The notes below the pieces were generated by a model. It saw only the letters and a program-made list of their open reading frames with translations. It was not told the DNA's origin and searched no databases. This document shows positions 22,055-32,224 of a stretch of DNA of 41,494 nucleotides, piece after piece. The stretch covers positions 1 through 41,494 of the forward strand of contig CAZALK010000025.1 in NCBI GenBank assembly GCA_964486045.1, in the 5' to 3' direction. Within the stretch, counting starts at the first letter, position 1, and each line of letters begins with the position of its first letter. The DNA comes from an uncultured archaeon. GTDB taxonomy: Archaea > Asgardarchaeota > Lokiarchaeia > Sigyniarchaeales > SOKP01. The position numbers and the translations under genes are program-made.

Positions 22055-23421
22055 TTAACATTTAATTATCTCCAATGTCTTCAATAATAAAATAGTATCA
22101 TTATAACTTAATTTAGCTTCCCAATCTTCTACATCAAGGAGATTCCATGAGCAGAATCCTTCCTATTCCTAAGAGTTCCAATTAAATTTATCCCCGATTT
22201 TAATAGACTTTTAATTCCGCCATCAATACCTATAGATGATTTTTTAAAGAGAGAATTTATCGTCTTTTCCTTGATTATTTTTTGAGTTAATTTAGATATT
22301 GAGTCTCTTTCAAATTCTTTTTTTTGTCCTAATAAATGTTTATAAAAGTGCTCAATAGCTTTACAACAATATAAAGGAACACTATTCCAGTCTGCTTCCA
22401 GTATATGTAATTTGGCTTTTTCAAGATTCTCAATGACTTTTGGATATTTCTTTAAATATCTAAAGACTTCTTTTTCCTCTTTTTCCTCTATGCTATATCC
22501 TATAAGCATTAATTCTCCATTAATACATGATACCCAATTATAACCCATTAATTGTAATATTTCATTAATAAAATTATCAAATTCCTGTGGGGTTAAGATA
22601 TTAAATTCTTTTAAGTTATGTTTGAAATGAAAAATTTTTGTAAATATTATTTCTAAAGGAAGTTTCTCATTATAGAGAGAATTTGCAACATATGAATTAT
22701 ATTCCATTCTTACTAATTTACATCTAAGTATTTCCTTTTCTGAAGCACTATTGGGAAGCTTTCTTTTCATTTTATATTGGTCATAACTCATTGGTAATAA
22801 GTTATAAAGGTTGGTATCAAATATGTCATCTTTCGTTAATTCTTCCATTCTTTGATTATATTGTGCAACTTTTTTTAACCTCATTTTAGCCTTAATTTTA
22901 CGATATTGCTTGAAAGCATCCCCAATTTCTTTTCTTCTTCTTAATTGCTGTAAGAATTCTGAATTCCAGCCCCCCTTATTCTTAAGATAGTCAATTTTAT
23001 CATACATTATTTTAATCCATATATATAACTCCTTAAATTGATTATTGAGAATTATTCTTTCATTTTCTTCTTTATACCCAAAATTTTTTATAAGCTTATT
23101 CAAGTGATTTACCAATTTTTCTCTAATTTCTATGATGTTTTTTTTAGTAAGACTTTTATTTTCAATATAATTAAGCCAATCTCTAAAGACTGGAAAACCC
23201 TTTCTATGGCATATTTCAATAATTCCACAAAAAGGTCTTTCTGGAATATCACTTTTACGAAAGAATTTTTGAGGAGTTAACCATCCTATATTGTTAATTT
23301 TAGATTTCCTAGGATGATATGGAAATAGTATTAAGAGGTTTGAAAATTTTGCAAGTGCTTCTTTAATATCAATTGTATTATAACTATATGTCAAATTATT
23401 TTTTTTCTGAGGTAACTTCAT
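22055..23421 (-). CDS. Abi_C/HEPN-like putative defence protein; 1-nt frameshift near 22140
   Basis: LEKA...CCKAIE...IGTLRNRKDSAHG (RNxxxxxHG). After the shift the frame continues LDVEDWEAKLSYNDTILLLKTLEIIKC*, as expected for the last Abi_C helix. Confidence 0.65.
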
Positions 23422-23588
23422 CCATTAATTCACTTATTAATAATAATTTCCTCGATTTTTTCTTCAAATAAATAGTGGAAAGATACCTAAATAAGTTTTA
23501 TTGAGATATATATTAACTTTTAAATTAAAAAGAAAAAAAAAGAGTAAGTCATAATGAAGTAAAAGATCTTAAAGAACTAGAGAAATTT

Positions 23589-23668
23589 ATTGCCACAAGA
23601 CTAAACTGGGCAAATAATTAACCTTAGACTCTTTTGAAGCTGAAAAAGAATTTAAAAAATTAATAAAA
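23589..23668 (+). repeat. Diverged direct copy of 21657-21737 (3' end of the zinc-ribbon nuclease gene)
   Basis: Shared ATTGCCACAAGA...TTAGACTCTTTTGAA.CTGAAA.AGAATTTAAAAAATTAATAAAA. Confidence 0.85.
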
Positions 23669-23680
23669 TTTTCTTATTTC

Positions 23681-24799
23681 TTATTTTTTTTCTTGAGATT
23701 TTTTCTTCTCTCCTTTCTGGCAATGAAGTAAAGTAAGAACAGTATCCCATCCAATTTCTTTAAAAAAATCTTTTCTTGCTATTTGCTTTTTCATTTTATT
23801 TAAATAGGAATCGATCCAGTTGTAATAATTCCGCCCTCTCGTTGTAAAAAGAGAATAAAGACGAAAATTAACTCTAAACTGAAAAACAACATTGAATACA
23901 ATATAATTGTCTATAAAATTTGCTAAATCGATATCTAAGTAATATTCGGGAAATCCCTTGGGAAGAATTGTTGAAAATCCTAAAAATTCTATCTTAATCT
24001 CAAGATTAATTAGATCCATTTTTACAATTATTTTTTGATTGTTTATTCTTTCGATTTCAGAATTTTTTGGCAGTGTTAAGCTGAATTTCTCATAAATTAT
24101 ATGCCCATCTTCAGTAGGTATATTAGCCCAGACAATTTTATGATTAGTATCATTAATTTTTATATCACTTTCTTTATCTATGTTCTGATATTTTTCCTCT
24201 AGAAAATGAGATCTTTGATCCATTGGTTTAGAGAAGAGTTCTATAAAACGATTATTTAAAAGAATTTCGGGAAGTTCATTCCTTTCGAATTCTTTTAGTT
24301 CTTCATCATCGGCAAATTCATCTTTATTGAAATAATCTTCTAAATGAGTAGATAACTTAGATAAAGCATAATATTCTGAAGCTTCTTGAATAATTTCTCT
24401 TGATTTTGATTCTTCAAAAAATTCATTAACAGATAACGGCTCATTTTCCCAAATTGACTTAAGGGCTTTATCTTCGGCGAAAGCGTCCTTAAGACAATCT
24501 TTCAGCATTGAGGAAAAATCGTATCGATAAATATCAATTATTTTATTATTTTCCTTATTAAAAATAAAAAAACCTTCAAATTGTAAGTTCATTACTCTAT
24601 TTGATAATAGACGATTTAGAAAATAAGAAACTGAGATTACACATATAAAAATCCCTAAGGAAAGGTAACATATCGGATTTAACACTATTATCTCTGAAAT
24701 ACTTTGTGAAATGATATTAATGGCTAATGCTATAAAAAGGGATAGGATAATGATTTCAATTAAATATTTTCGTTTTCCGAAAAAATCGTTTAAAAACAT
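23681..24799 (-). CDS. Hypothetical protein with two N-terminal TM helices
   Basis: 372-aa ORF; two hydrophobic segments followed by a soluble alpha/beta domain. Confidence 0.8.
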   Translation of the reverse strand: MFLNDFFGKRKYLIEIIILSLFIALAINIISQSISEIIVLNPICYLSLGIFICVISVSYFLNRLLSNRVMNLQFEGFFIFNKENNKIIDIYRYDFSSMLKDCLKDAFAEDKALKSIWENEPLSVNEFFEESKSREIIQEASEYYALSKLSTHLEDYFNKDEFADDEELKEFERNELPEILLNNRFIELFSKPMDQRSHFLEEKYQNIDKESDIKINDTNHKIVWANIPTEDGHIIYEKFSLTLPKNSEIERINNQKIIVKMDLINLEIKIEFLGFSTILPKGFPEYYLDIDLANFIDNYIVFNVVFQFRVNFRLYSLFTTRGRNYYNWIDSYLNKMKKQIARKDFFKEIGWDTVLTLLHCQKGEKKKSQEKK

Positions 24800-25212
24800 T
24801 TTATTATCGGATTTAACCGTTTGAATAAAACACCTTATTTTATTATTGGGTTAGATTTTTTTCTTACAATATATAAAGACCCAAAATACTTAAAAAATTA
24901 TTGTTCATATTTTTTAAAATATTTACATGAGTGTTCCTATGTAGCAATCTTCCTTCTCCTTTAAATTGTGTTCTTTGCTATTGCTTTATTATGATATAAC
25001 TTCAAGAAGTGTTAGGAATCCCATCACACTGGTAACTCTGAGGTGAACATTCCAATCGCTTCACCTTGGGCTCCATTGTTTATATCGTAAATTACATAAC
25101 AGTTCGTGGGTTCTTGTATTATATTTCAAATAAAATATAATGAAAAAAGGATTTCAGTATTCCTTTAATCTTTATTAATTACCACTATATTATATTTTCC
25201 ATCTTTTCTACC

Positions 25213-25863
25213 TTATATATATAACGTATTGGTATTTTTTTCATATTTAATCTTATTTAATTGTAAAAGATGCAGAAGGAACACGAATTCTTCGTAGATT
25301 TTAATTTGATCTTGCTCATTCGCAAATATCTCATCAAATGAACAGGGAAATTTATTTTTAATATCGTTGTAGAAACGATTTATTTTTTCAGTAAATTTTT
25401 GTTCAGGAACTTCTAATAAAAAATTCTGCTTTATTTTAACCTTGTCTATATGATCTATTGTTATTAAATAGCCACTTCCTTTATTTAACTTTTCTCTTGA
25501 AGTATTAAGAAAATTCAATGATAAAGATTCAATATTGAATAGCTTTATCCAACATCCATTAAGGATATTATAAATTTCTAAATCTTTTGGATTTGATTTT
25601 AAATACTGGAAAAAGCTCTCTTTTTTATCTAGGTTATTAATTAATATTTTCAGTTCCTCAAATTTTTCAACTAAAAGTTGGAAGACCTTCTTAAAAGTCA
25701 ATGAATATCTTTTAATATTCTCAATGTCGAGTTTATCCTTTATATTTTCAAAAATAGGAACTAACTCTAAATCTAATAAAGTAATCTCCCCGGATAGTAC
25801 TTTCTTTTGAATTTCCTCGACTCTTCTATTGATTTCTGCAGAGAAATCTTTAGATTCTCCCAT
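25213..25863 (-). CDS. ScpA/kleisin-like SMC partner
   Basis: Starts 9 nt after the SMC stop. N-terminal helical domain (LLDLEL..IF); C-terminal winged-helix-like SFDEIF...FVFLLHLLQLNKI as in ScpA. Confidence 0.6.
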   Translation of the reverse strand: MGESKDFSAEINRRVEEIQKKVLSGEITLLDLELVPIFENIKDKLDIENIKRYSLTFKKVFQLLVEKFEELKILINNLDKKESFFQYLKSNPKDLEIYNILNGCWIKLFNIESLSLNFLNTSREKLNKGSGYLITIDHIDKVKIKQNFLLEVPEQKFTEKINRFYNDIKNKFPCSFDEIFANEQDQIKIYEEFVFLLHLLQLNKIKYEKNTNTLYI

Positions 25864-25872
25864 TTTTCTATT

Positions 25873-28800
25873 TTATTTTTTCTTTATAAGTTTTGGTTTA
25901 AAAACAGAGGAGACTTCATTCTTTCCGACTCTAGCAATTCCTATTATTTTTTCAGCAAGTAAAAATAGTGAAGATGATGATTTAGGTAAAAACATGAATA
26001 ATTGGATCGGATTTTGCTCCAACGTTGATTTAATCAATTGATATGCTACTTCTGAATTCTTCTCATCTAAAAACATACCAGCTTCATCAAGCATACATAG
26101 TGGAGAAGGCTTAATCTCTTGTAGAGATAAGATCAAACAAATTGAAATAAGAGAAACCTGGCCCCCACTTAGTGCAGTAAACGATTTTAATTGATCCTTG
26201 GAAGTTGCTGCTTTTATCTCAACACCTAAATCCTCAAAATTTCCTGTTAATTTAATAGAGCAAAATGATTTTACTTGAGAAATTTCAAACTTTTGGTTTA
26301 CTTTTGTTTGAAGGTTGTCAAGTACAATACTAAATTTATCTTTGTAAGTTTTTTCCAATTTGTTTTCTGTTTTTATTGCAGCTTTAATATCTTCTTCTAA
26401 ACTAATTTGATTTTTGTTGATTCCTTTAAGCGATAATATTATTTGATCTTTCTCAACTATTAGCACATCGTCAACGTCTAAATAATTAATTAGATCTTTA
26501 TCTATCCTTGAAATATCTTTATTAATCTCTTCCATAGACCTAATTTTAATAATTTTCTCAGAAATAAGGGGCTTTATTTCAGAATTAATTCTTTCCAAAT
26601 CTTTTCTCTTAATTTCTAAATCTTGATTTAACGTATTCAGCTTAATATTTTCTTGTTCTAAGTTTAGTGTAATTTGCAAAATTTTTCTATCAATTTCGAT
26701 CTTCCTATTTAGATCTTGAATTTTCGCATTTTTCAAATCTAAGATATTCTTTTCAATAATTTCGAGTTTTCTTTCTGTACTTTCTAACGTTCGGTAAGTT
26801 TCAAAGGCAGTTTTATCTGCTTTTTGAAAGATCTCCTTCTTTTTTTCAAATTCTAGTTTATTTATGTTTAACTCATAATGTAAGTTATTTAATTTTTCCT
26901 TAACACTCTTTAGGGTATCTGAACTCTCATCTAATTTTAAATTCCATTTTTTCTTTTCATCATGTAAAGAAGCCAATTCGTTCGGAATTTCATTGACTCT
27001 ATCACTCCATATAAAAAAATCAGGATCCGTTTGATTTTTTAAATCTATTATCTTTATTTCTATTTTTGTAATATCTTCTTTATACACTGAATTATCTTTC
27101 TCTAAAGAATGCTTTTGATTATATAATTGATTTTTCTTAGTAGTAATCCTTTGTTTTTGATTAAAATTATATAAAAGATCGTTAAAAGATTCCTTTTTCT
27201 TGAAAATATCTTTTTGAATATTATCTAGTTTAGATTGTTCAATCCTTAATTCCGATATCTTATCATTTAAAGAAGTTAAATCTGATTCTAATATGCTAGA
27301 TTGTTCTTTTTGAGTTGTAGCACTTAATAAACCCTTTAATCTCTTTAAATATGGTGTTTCGAAAACATATTTATAAGAAATAATTTGTTCACCTGCTAAT
27401 GTTACACATTTTCCCTTAAAATTAAGTTTATTATAAAGTCCTCTTCCCGAATGGTAATCTTTAACAACTAAGCAATTTTTTACCTTCGAGTATATAACTT
27501 TTTTAATATCAATATCATCACTGACGATTTTAATAAGCTCTGCTAAATAACCCAGAACACCTTCAGCAGATACACCAATCAAAGGTTTTATAGATAATTT
27601 TTTAGCAAGATAAATATTACAATAAGCGCCATATTTTTCTTTTAATCTTTTTAACAGAGTTAGAGTATCCCAATCTTCAGCTACAAAGCTATATAATAAT
27701 TTTTCTCCTAACACAGATTCAATAGCATAGCTTAATTTATCATCATATTTAAGGTACTCAATTATAGGACCTTTAACTCTTAATTCACGCCTATTAATCT
27801 CTTCTCTCAGAATTGAAATGCTTGAGGGAAGAATTACTCGACGTTCTCTTAGCGATGTGTTTAAAACTTTTAATTTTTTTATCTTTTTTGATTTCTGAAA
27901 TTCTAATTGTTTTATTTCAGAGTCTATTTCATATATTCTTAAAGATCTTTTTTTAAGTTCTATATCAAGGTCTTGTAATAAGGTTTTAGAAGGATTTTCT
28001 AAAAACCATTTATTTTTTTCAAGTTTATGCTCAATATCCTTAAAGCTTTGAAAGAGTTGGTTGATTTCATTGTTTAGAGAACTGATTGTCTTCTTATTAT
28101 TATGTATATTAGATTGTTTTATTTTTTTATCATTACCAATTTTAGTATACTCATCCAATAAGGTTTTATTTAAAGTAATTTTCTTTATTAATAGGCTTTG
28201 CTCCTTTATTAGGCTCTCAATTTGTAAATTTAATCTTTTAAGTTCCCTGTCTACTATTCCTAGTTCACTATCCAAACGTTCTTTTTGTTTTTCTAAATTT
28301 ACTGAAATTTTTTCAAATTCCCCTACTTTATTTGACAGACCATCTAATTCTTGTTTTGCTAATATCTTTTCATTTTGCCAATTCTGGATTTTTGTAATTA
28401 GATCTTGTCTTTTATAATCCAATTCACCGAGTTTCTTTGTAAGTTTATTGATATTTTGTTCTACAGTTGCAATTTTCTTCTTTAAATTTTCTGCTCCTAA
28501 ATCACATTTTTCCTTTCTTTTTCTAATTCCAAATATAACTTTTTTGAGATTTTCAATTAGGTCATTATTTCTATTTATCTCTTTTTTTAATTTATCTCTA
28601 TTTGCCCATAAGAGCTCATCATTATACTTTTTCCTTATTTTTAGTATCTTTTTTTTTTCTTTCAATCGGTTTAATTTCGGTGTTAGAAGCTCTAAACTTA
28701 TATTTAACGTGTTTTTTCTACTTTTCAATGACTTTAAATCATTATTTAAAGTGTCTACGCTTCTCCTCTGTTGTAGAATTTCATCTCGAAGAGAGCTTAA

Positions 28801-29340
28801 CCCAATTCCTTCTTCAAGAAAAGAGCATAATTCTGTAGGTTTTAAATTCTTTATAGAATCAATTTTACCTTGGCTTACAAAAGCAAATTGGTTATCAGGG
28901 TTAATATTTAAGCCCATAATTTCTTTTTGAACTTCCTGAGCTTGGATCTTTCTAAAATCCTTATCACTCTTATTTTGTATTTTAAAAAAGGGTGATTGTC
29001 CTCGTATCACATATCTCCTGATTTTTATTAAATCTTCTCCATTTTGAATATGAATCTCGACCATTGCATGATTCTGATCATTTCTAATAAAATTAGACCA
29101 CTTCGTATAACGATTATCCCTTTCATTACTTCCTAAAGCAAATTTTATGGCTTGAAAAATAGAAGTTTTTCCACTCCAGTTTGGTCCTACAATAATTACA
29201 AACTTAGCTTCTCCAAAATCAACCTCATCTTTCTGAAATGATAAAAAATTTTCTAAAATAACTTTTTTGATGAAAGTTTTCCGATTTTGTTCTTCTATTA
29301 CTCCTCTTTTTTGGTTCTTATTGTCTGATTGAGAAGCCAA
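25873..29340 (-). CDS. Smc5/6-like SMC ATPase
   Basis: LENFLSF, Walker A GPNWSGKT, NINPDNQFAFVSQ Q-loop, coiled coils, hinge (GPIIEYL...AIESVLG...SFV), LSGGQ, MLDEAGMFLD and a His-less switch QLFMFLPK. Confidence 0.88.
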   Translation of the reverse strand: MASQSDNKNQKRGVIEEQNRKTFIKKVILENFLSFQKDEVDFGEAKFVIIVGPNWSGKTSIFQAIKFALGSNERDNRYTKWSNFIRNDQNHAMVEIHIQNGEDLIKIRRYVIRGQSPFFKIQNKSDKDFRKIQAQEVQKEIMGLNINPDNQFAFVSQGKIDSIKNLKPTELCSFLEEGIGLSSLRDEILQQRRSVDTLNNDLKSLKSRKNTLNISLELLTPKLNRLKEKKKILKIRKKYNDELLWANRDKLKKEINRNNDLIENLKKVIFGIRKRKEKCDLGAENLKKKIATVEQNINKLTKKLGELDYKRQDLITKIQNWQNEKILAKQELDGLSNKVGEFEKISVNLEKQKERLDSELGIVDRELKRLNLQIESLIKEQSLLIKKITLNKTLLDEYTKIGNDKKIKQSNIHNNKKTISSLNNEINQLFQSFKDIEHKLEKNKWFLENPSKTLLQDLDIELKKRSLRIYEIDSEIKQLEFQKSKKIKKLKVLNTSLRERRVILPSSISILREEINRRELRVKGPIIEYLKYDDKLSYAIESVLGEKLLYSFVAEDWDTLTLLKRLKEKYGAYCNIYLAKKLSIKPLIGVSAEGVLGYLAELIKIVSDDIDIKKVIYSKVKNCLVVKDYHSGRGLYNKLNFKGKCVTLAGEQIISYKYVFETPYLKRLKGLLSATTQKEQSSILESDLTSLNDKISELRIEQSKLDNIQKDIFKKKESFNDLLYNFNQKQRITTKKNQLYNQKHSLEKDNSVYKEDITKIEIKIIDLKNQTDPDFFIWSDRVNEIPNELASLHDEKKKWNLKLDESSDTLKSVKEKLNNLHYELNINKLEFEKKKEIFQKADKTAFETYRTLESTERKLEIIEKNILDLKNAKIQDLNRKIEIDRKILQITLNLEQENIKLNTLNQDLEIKRKDLERINSEIKPLISEKIIKIRSMEEINKDISRIDKDLINYLDVDDVLIVEKDQIILSLKGINKNQISLEEDIKAAIKTENKLEKTYKDKFSIVLDNLQTKVNQKFEISQVKSFCSIKLTGNFEDLGVEIKAATSKDQLKSFTALSGGQVSLISICLILSLQEIKPSPLCMLDEAGMFLDEKNSEVAYQLIKSTLEQNPIQLFMFLPKSSSSLFLLAEKIIGIARVGKNEVSSVFKPKLIKKK

Positions 29341-29360
29341 CTATTTATCACCTGTTTGTT

Positions 29361-30626
29361 TTATTTACCAAATGTTTGTTTTATAAGATCAACTCTCTTT
29401 TTTGCTTTCTCTAAATTGATTAAAGCCTTATTTGGTGAATTATTAAGTATAAACGGATATTCTGCTAACAATTTTCTATCATTTTTCTCCAATGGTTCAT
29501 TTTTCTCCAACTTATCAATTATAATAACAATCTCAACGTAATTTTTAAAAGCAGCGTCTTCGTATAATTGATTTAGCATGAAATCTGATAAACGTGAATC
29601 TCGAATATTATTTACATAGTTATCTATTTGTTCTATCCTCTTCACACTCTCCACTTCTTTTTTGGAGATACTGTCAGGATTTAGTAGATTAATTTCACTT
29701 TCCACTGATATTTGTTGATTTTCTGTATAATCAGGAGGAATTGTAGGTATATACTCGCCAAATTCAATCAGATCAAGTAAAATTTGCGTAATTTCATTAC
29801 TTGTTTCATTCAACTCTGAATTTAAAAAATGCTTCAAAATTCCAGCTTTCAATACTTGCTTTATATCTTTTATTTCCCATCTATCAGTACAATCTACTAA
29901 AGCATTGATATCAAAAACAATTTTCGGGTTCCTCTCCAAAAAGTCTCTAAATACTGCTTCCCTTTCAATTCTATTTAATAACTGGAGTTTAATAAATAAA
30001 TCAAACGAATTATACATGTTTGAAGCATTCTCTATGACATCTTGAATATCGTAATTAATCCATATAAGAAGGACATTACTTCCCAAAAAATTGAAATTTT
30101 CTTCATTTTGCTCTGAAAAGTAAATTTCAAGGAGGTTTTTTCCTTTTAATAAAGTTTTGAGATTTAATTGTTGATTAATGATTAATATTCTTTTTTCAAC
30201 ATTTTTTTCAGAATCCATTAGACTTTTGTCGATATCTTCATTTTTCGATTCAAGATCCGTTTCGAAATTGATATTTTCCCCAAAAGCTCTTAAAATTGGA
30301 GTAAAGCTTTTCAAGAACCTTTCTGGTTCTTTCTTTATCTCATTATAGCTAAACTCAATCAATTCTAAATAATAGTTTGTTGAAATTAATTTTAGGAAAT
30401 CTAATATATCAGTTCCTGGATTAACGTTAATTAGAATTGCCCCTTTTGGTGATAGATATTCTTCCAAAGTATTTTCACCATTGTATGTAGCCATAACCTT
30501 AACAAAATTGATTATTTCATTATATTTTTCCCGATAAAAGATTTCTTCTTTATTAACCTCGATTTTTGTTGGTGAAATTACACGAAAATACTTCATAAAT
30601 TCTGGAATCTCGCTTAAATCCTTCAT
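29361..30626 (-). CDS. Degenerate (probably inactive) AAA+ ATPase
   Basis: PKGAILINVNPGT (Walker A without GKT); FDLFIKL...ER.AVF; lid DINALVDCTDRWEIKDIKQV; no Walker B DE. Confidence 0.6.
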   Translation of the reverse strand: MKDLSEIPEFMKYFRVISPTKIEVNKEEIFYREKYNEIINFVKVMATYNGENTLEEYLSPKGAILINVNPGTDILDFLKLISTNYYLELIEFSYNEIKKEPERFLKSFTPILRAFGENINFETDLESKNEDIDKSLMDSEKNVEKRILIINQQLNLKTLLKGKNLLEIYFSEQNEENFNFLGSNVLLIWINYDIQDVIENASNMYNSFDLFIKLQLLNRIEREAVFRDFLERNPKIVFDINALVDCTDRWEIKDIKQVLKAGILKHFLNSELNETSNEITQILLDLIEFGEYIPTIPPDYTENQQISVESEINLLNPDSISKKEVESVKRIEQIDNYVNNIRDSRLSDFMLNQLYEDAAFKNYVEIVIIIDKLEKNEPLEKNDRKLLAEYPFILNNSPNKALINLEKAKKRVDLIKQTFGK

Positions 30627-30962
30627 AAAAATATCAACAATAGTTTAATCGATTTTTTTAAACACTATTTTAATGACCAATTACACATATATATTTAGCG
30701 TTGAGTATATTTCCCCATAAATAGATTTCCGACAAAAACCATTAAATTTATATAATAGGATTTTTTTTCATAAACTCAAAAATCTTGTATGAGACTTTTT
30801 TACCACTGAATTCTGTTTAATTAAGTCTCATTGAATGAATTTTAAATAAAACTATCAGAGGAAAGATATTTTCTAATTTACTAATAAATGATCTAACAAT
30901 TTAGTTTAACAATTTCTCTCTTTATAAAATTTGAAAACCTAATTTTTGATTTAGTTTTCAGG

Positions 30963-31994
30963 TTAATATGATTTGTTATCCTCATTAATGTAAGGTGCGT
31001 AAGAGCTAATATATTTAACTGCGTCATCTGGGGCAATAATAACAGCCAGTCCATCATGGTTTTTAGCATAATTTAATGCAACGGCTAAAATTGCACCTGT
31101 AGATGGACCAACTAATATTCCATTCTTCCTCGCTAATTCAATTCCAGTTCGATATGCATCATCATCACTCACTTCGAAAATCTCATCAATCACACGTTCA
31201 TCTAATATTGCTGGTATTAAGTCTTTATCTAAGTTAGATATTTTTTTCAGACCAGGTATATTATGTAATGACTCTGAAGGTTCAATCCCCAAAATTTTAA
31301 CCGAAGGTTTTTTTTCTTTTAAGTATTTTCCTATCCCAGTAATGGTACCTCCTGTACCTGTCGCAGCAAAGAAATAATCAATTTCTCCATTTGTTTGCTC
31401 CCATATTTCTGGACCAGTAGATCTATAATGCGCTTGAACATTTAAAAAATTTTCATACTGGTTTGGGTTAAAATATCGTTCTCCTCCTTTACCATTTAAT
31501 ATACCGTTGACTACACCTCTCGCACCTTCGTTGGGGAATGCCGGGCATAAATCATCATCAGCTTCCCATAAAACCTCTACACCAAGCATTTTTAAAAGTA
31601 ACTTTGTTTCTTCAGGTATTCTTGTTGGCACTGCAATTTCAACGGGAATATTTCGAGCGTTAGCTAAGGATGCTAAAGCAATTCCAGTATTGCCAGAAGA
31701 AGGTTCTATGATACTTTGACCATCCTTAAATTGATAATTTTTCAGCATTGATTGTGCAATTCTATCTTTTATTGACCCAAAAGGATTATAACACTCAAGT
31801 TTTATATAAATTGGAAAATTTTTATTTGGATTAATTCTCTCATTTAATTTGACAAGAGGAGTGGGATTTTCAATATTTGAAATTAAATCTTCTATACTTT
31901 CATAAACCCTTAATTTGTTATTTACCCCATTTTTTCCGTTTCTATTATTATACGATTGTGCTTTCATAATTTCATCCTTTATTTTAGTGTTCAT
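30963..31994 (-). CDS. cysK: PLP-dependent cysteine synthase family (CysK/CysM)
   Basis: TPLV, KLECYNPFGSIKDR (PLP Lys), SSGNTG, GTGGT and GPSTGA. Confidence 0.88.
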   Translation of the reverse strand: MNTKIKDEIMKAQSYNNRNGKNGVNNKLRVYESIEDLISNIENPTPLVKLNERINPNKNFPIYIKLECYNPFGSIKDRIAQSMLKNYQFKDGQSIIEPSSGNTGIALASLANARNIPVEIAVPTRIPEETKLLLKMLGVEVLWEADDDLCPAFPNEGARGVVNGILNGKGGERYFNPNQYENFLNVQAHYRSTGPEIWEQTNGEIDYFFAATGTGGTITGIGKYLKEKKPSVKILGIEPSESLHNIPGLKKISNLDKDLIPAILDERVIDEIFEVSDDDAYRTGIELARKNGILVGPSTGAILAVALNYAKNHDGLAVIIAPDDAVKYISSYAPYINEDNKSY

Positions 31995-32156
31995 TTAAAA
32001 AATTCTACAATTTTAACCAATCAAGCGTATAATGAAAGCTAAAAAATTGATGGTTAGTTGAGAATTAATAAACTGTTGTTTAGCAACAACAACACATGCA
32101 ACAACAAGTAGAGGTAGAAGTTCTTACCTTGTGCTCATAATTAATTCTCATCAACT
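31995..32156 (-). promoter_or_regulatory. Candidate cysteine-responsive attenuator leader
   Basis: 11-bp IR 32059-32069/32140-32150; ACAACA after the stop complements the Cys codons; a further imperfect stem ~32015-32024/32047-32056; U6 tracts at 32041-32046 and just before the cysK ATG. Confidence 0.6.
32080..32151 (-). CDS. Polycysteine leader peptide MRINYEHKVRTSTSTCCCMCCCC
   Basis: ATG AGA ATT...ACT TGT TGT TGC ATG TGT TGT TGT TGC TAA; same strand as cysteine synthase, ending 85 nt before its start. Confidence 0.8.
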   Translation of the reverse strand: MRINYEHKVRTSTSTCCCMCCCC

Positions 32157-32224
32157 TATATATGAATTGTACATTTTAAAATGTTGGGGTTATTATGTTA
32201 AAACTGCATTTCTGATAATACAAA

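Noticed and set aside
24920-25120. AGGTGAA/TTCACCT hairpin as a structured RNA
   Set aside because: A single short stem is insufficient support.
25213-30626. Wadjet/MksBEFG defence system
   Set aside because: No JetD/MksG Toprim nuclease or kite gene, and the SMC motifs look Smc5/6-like.
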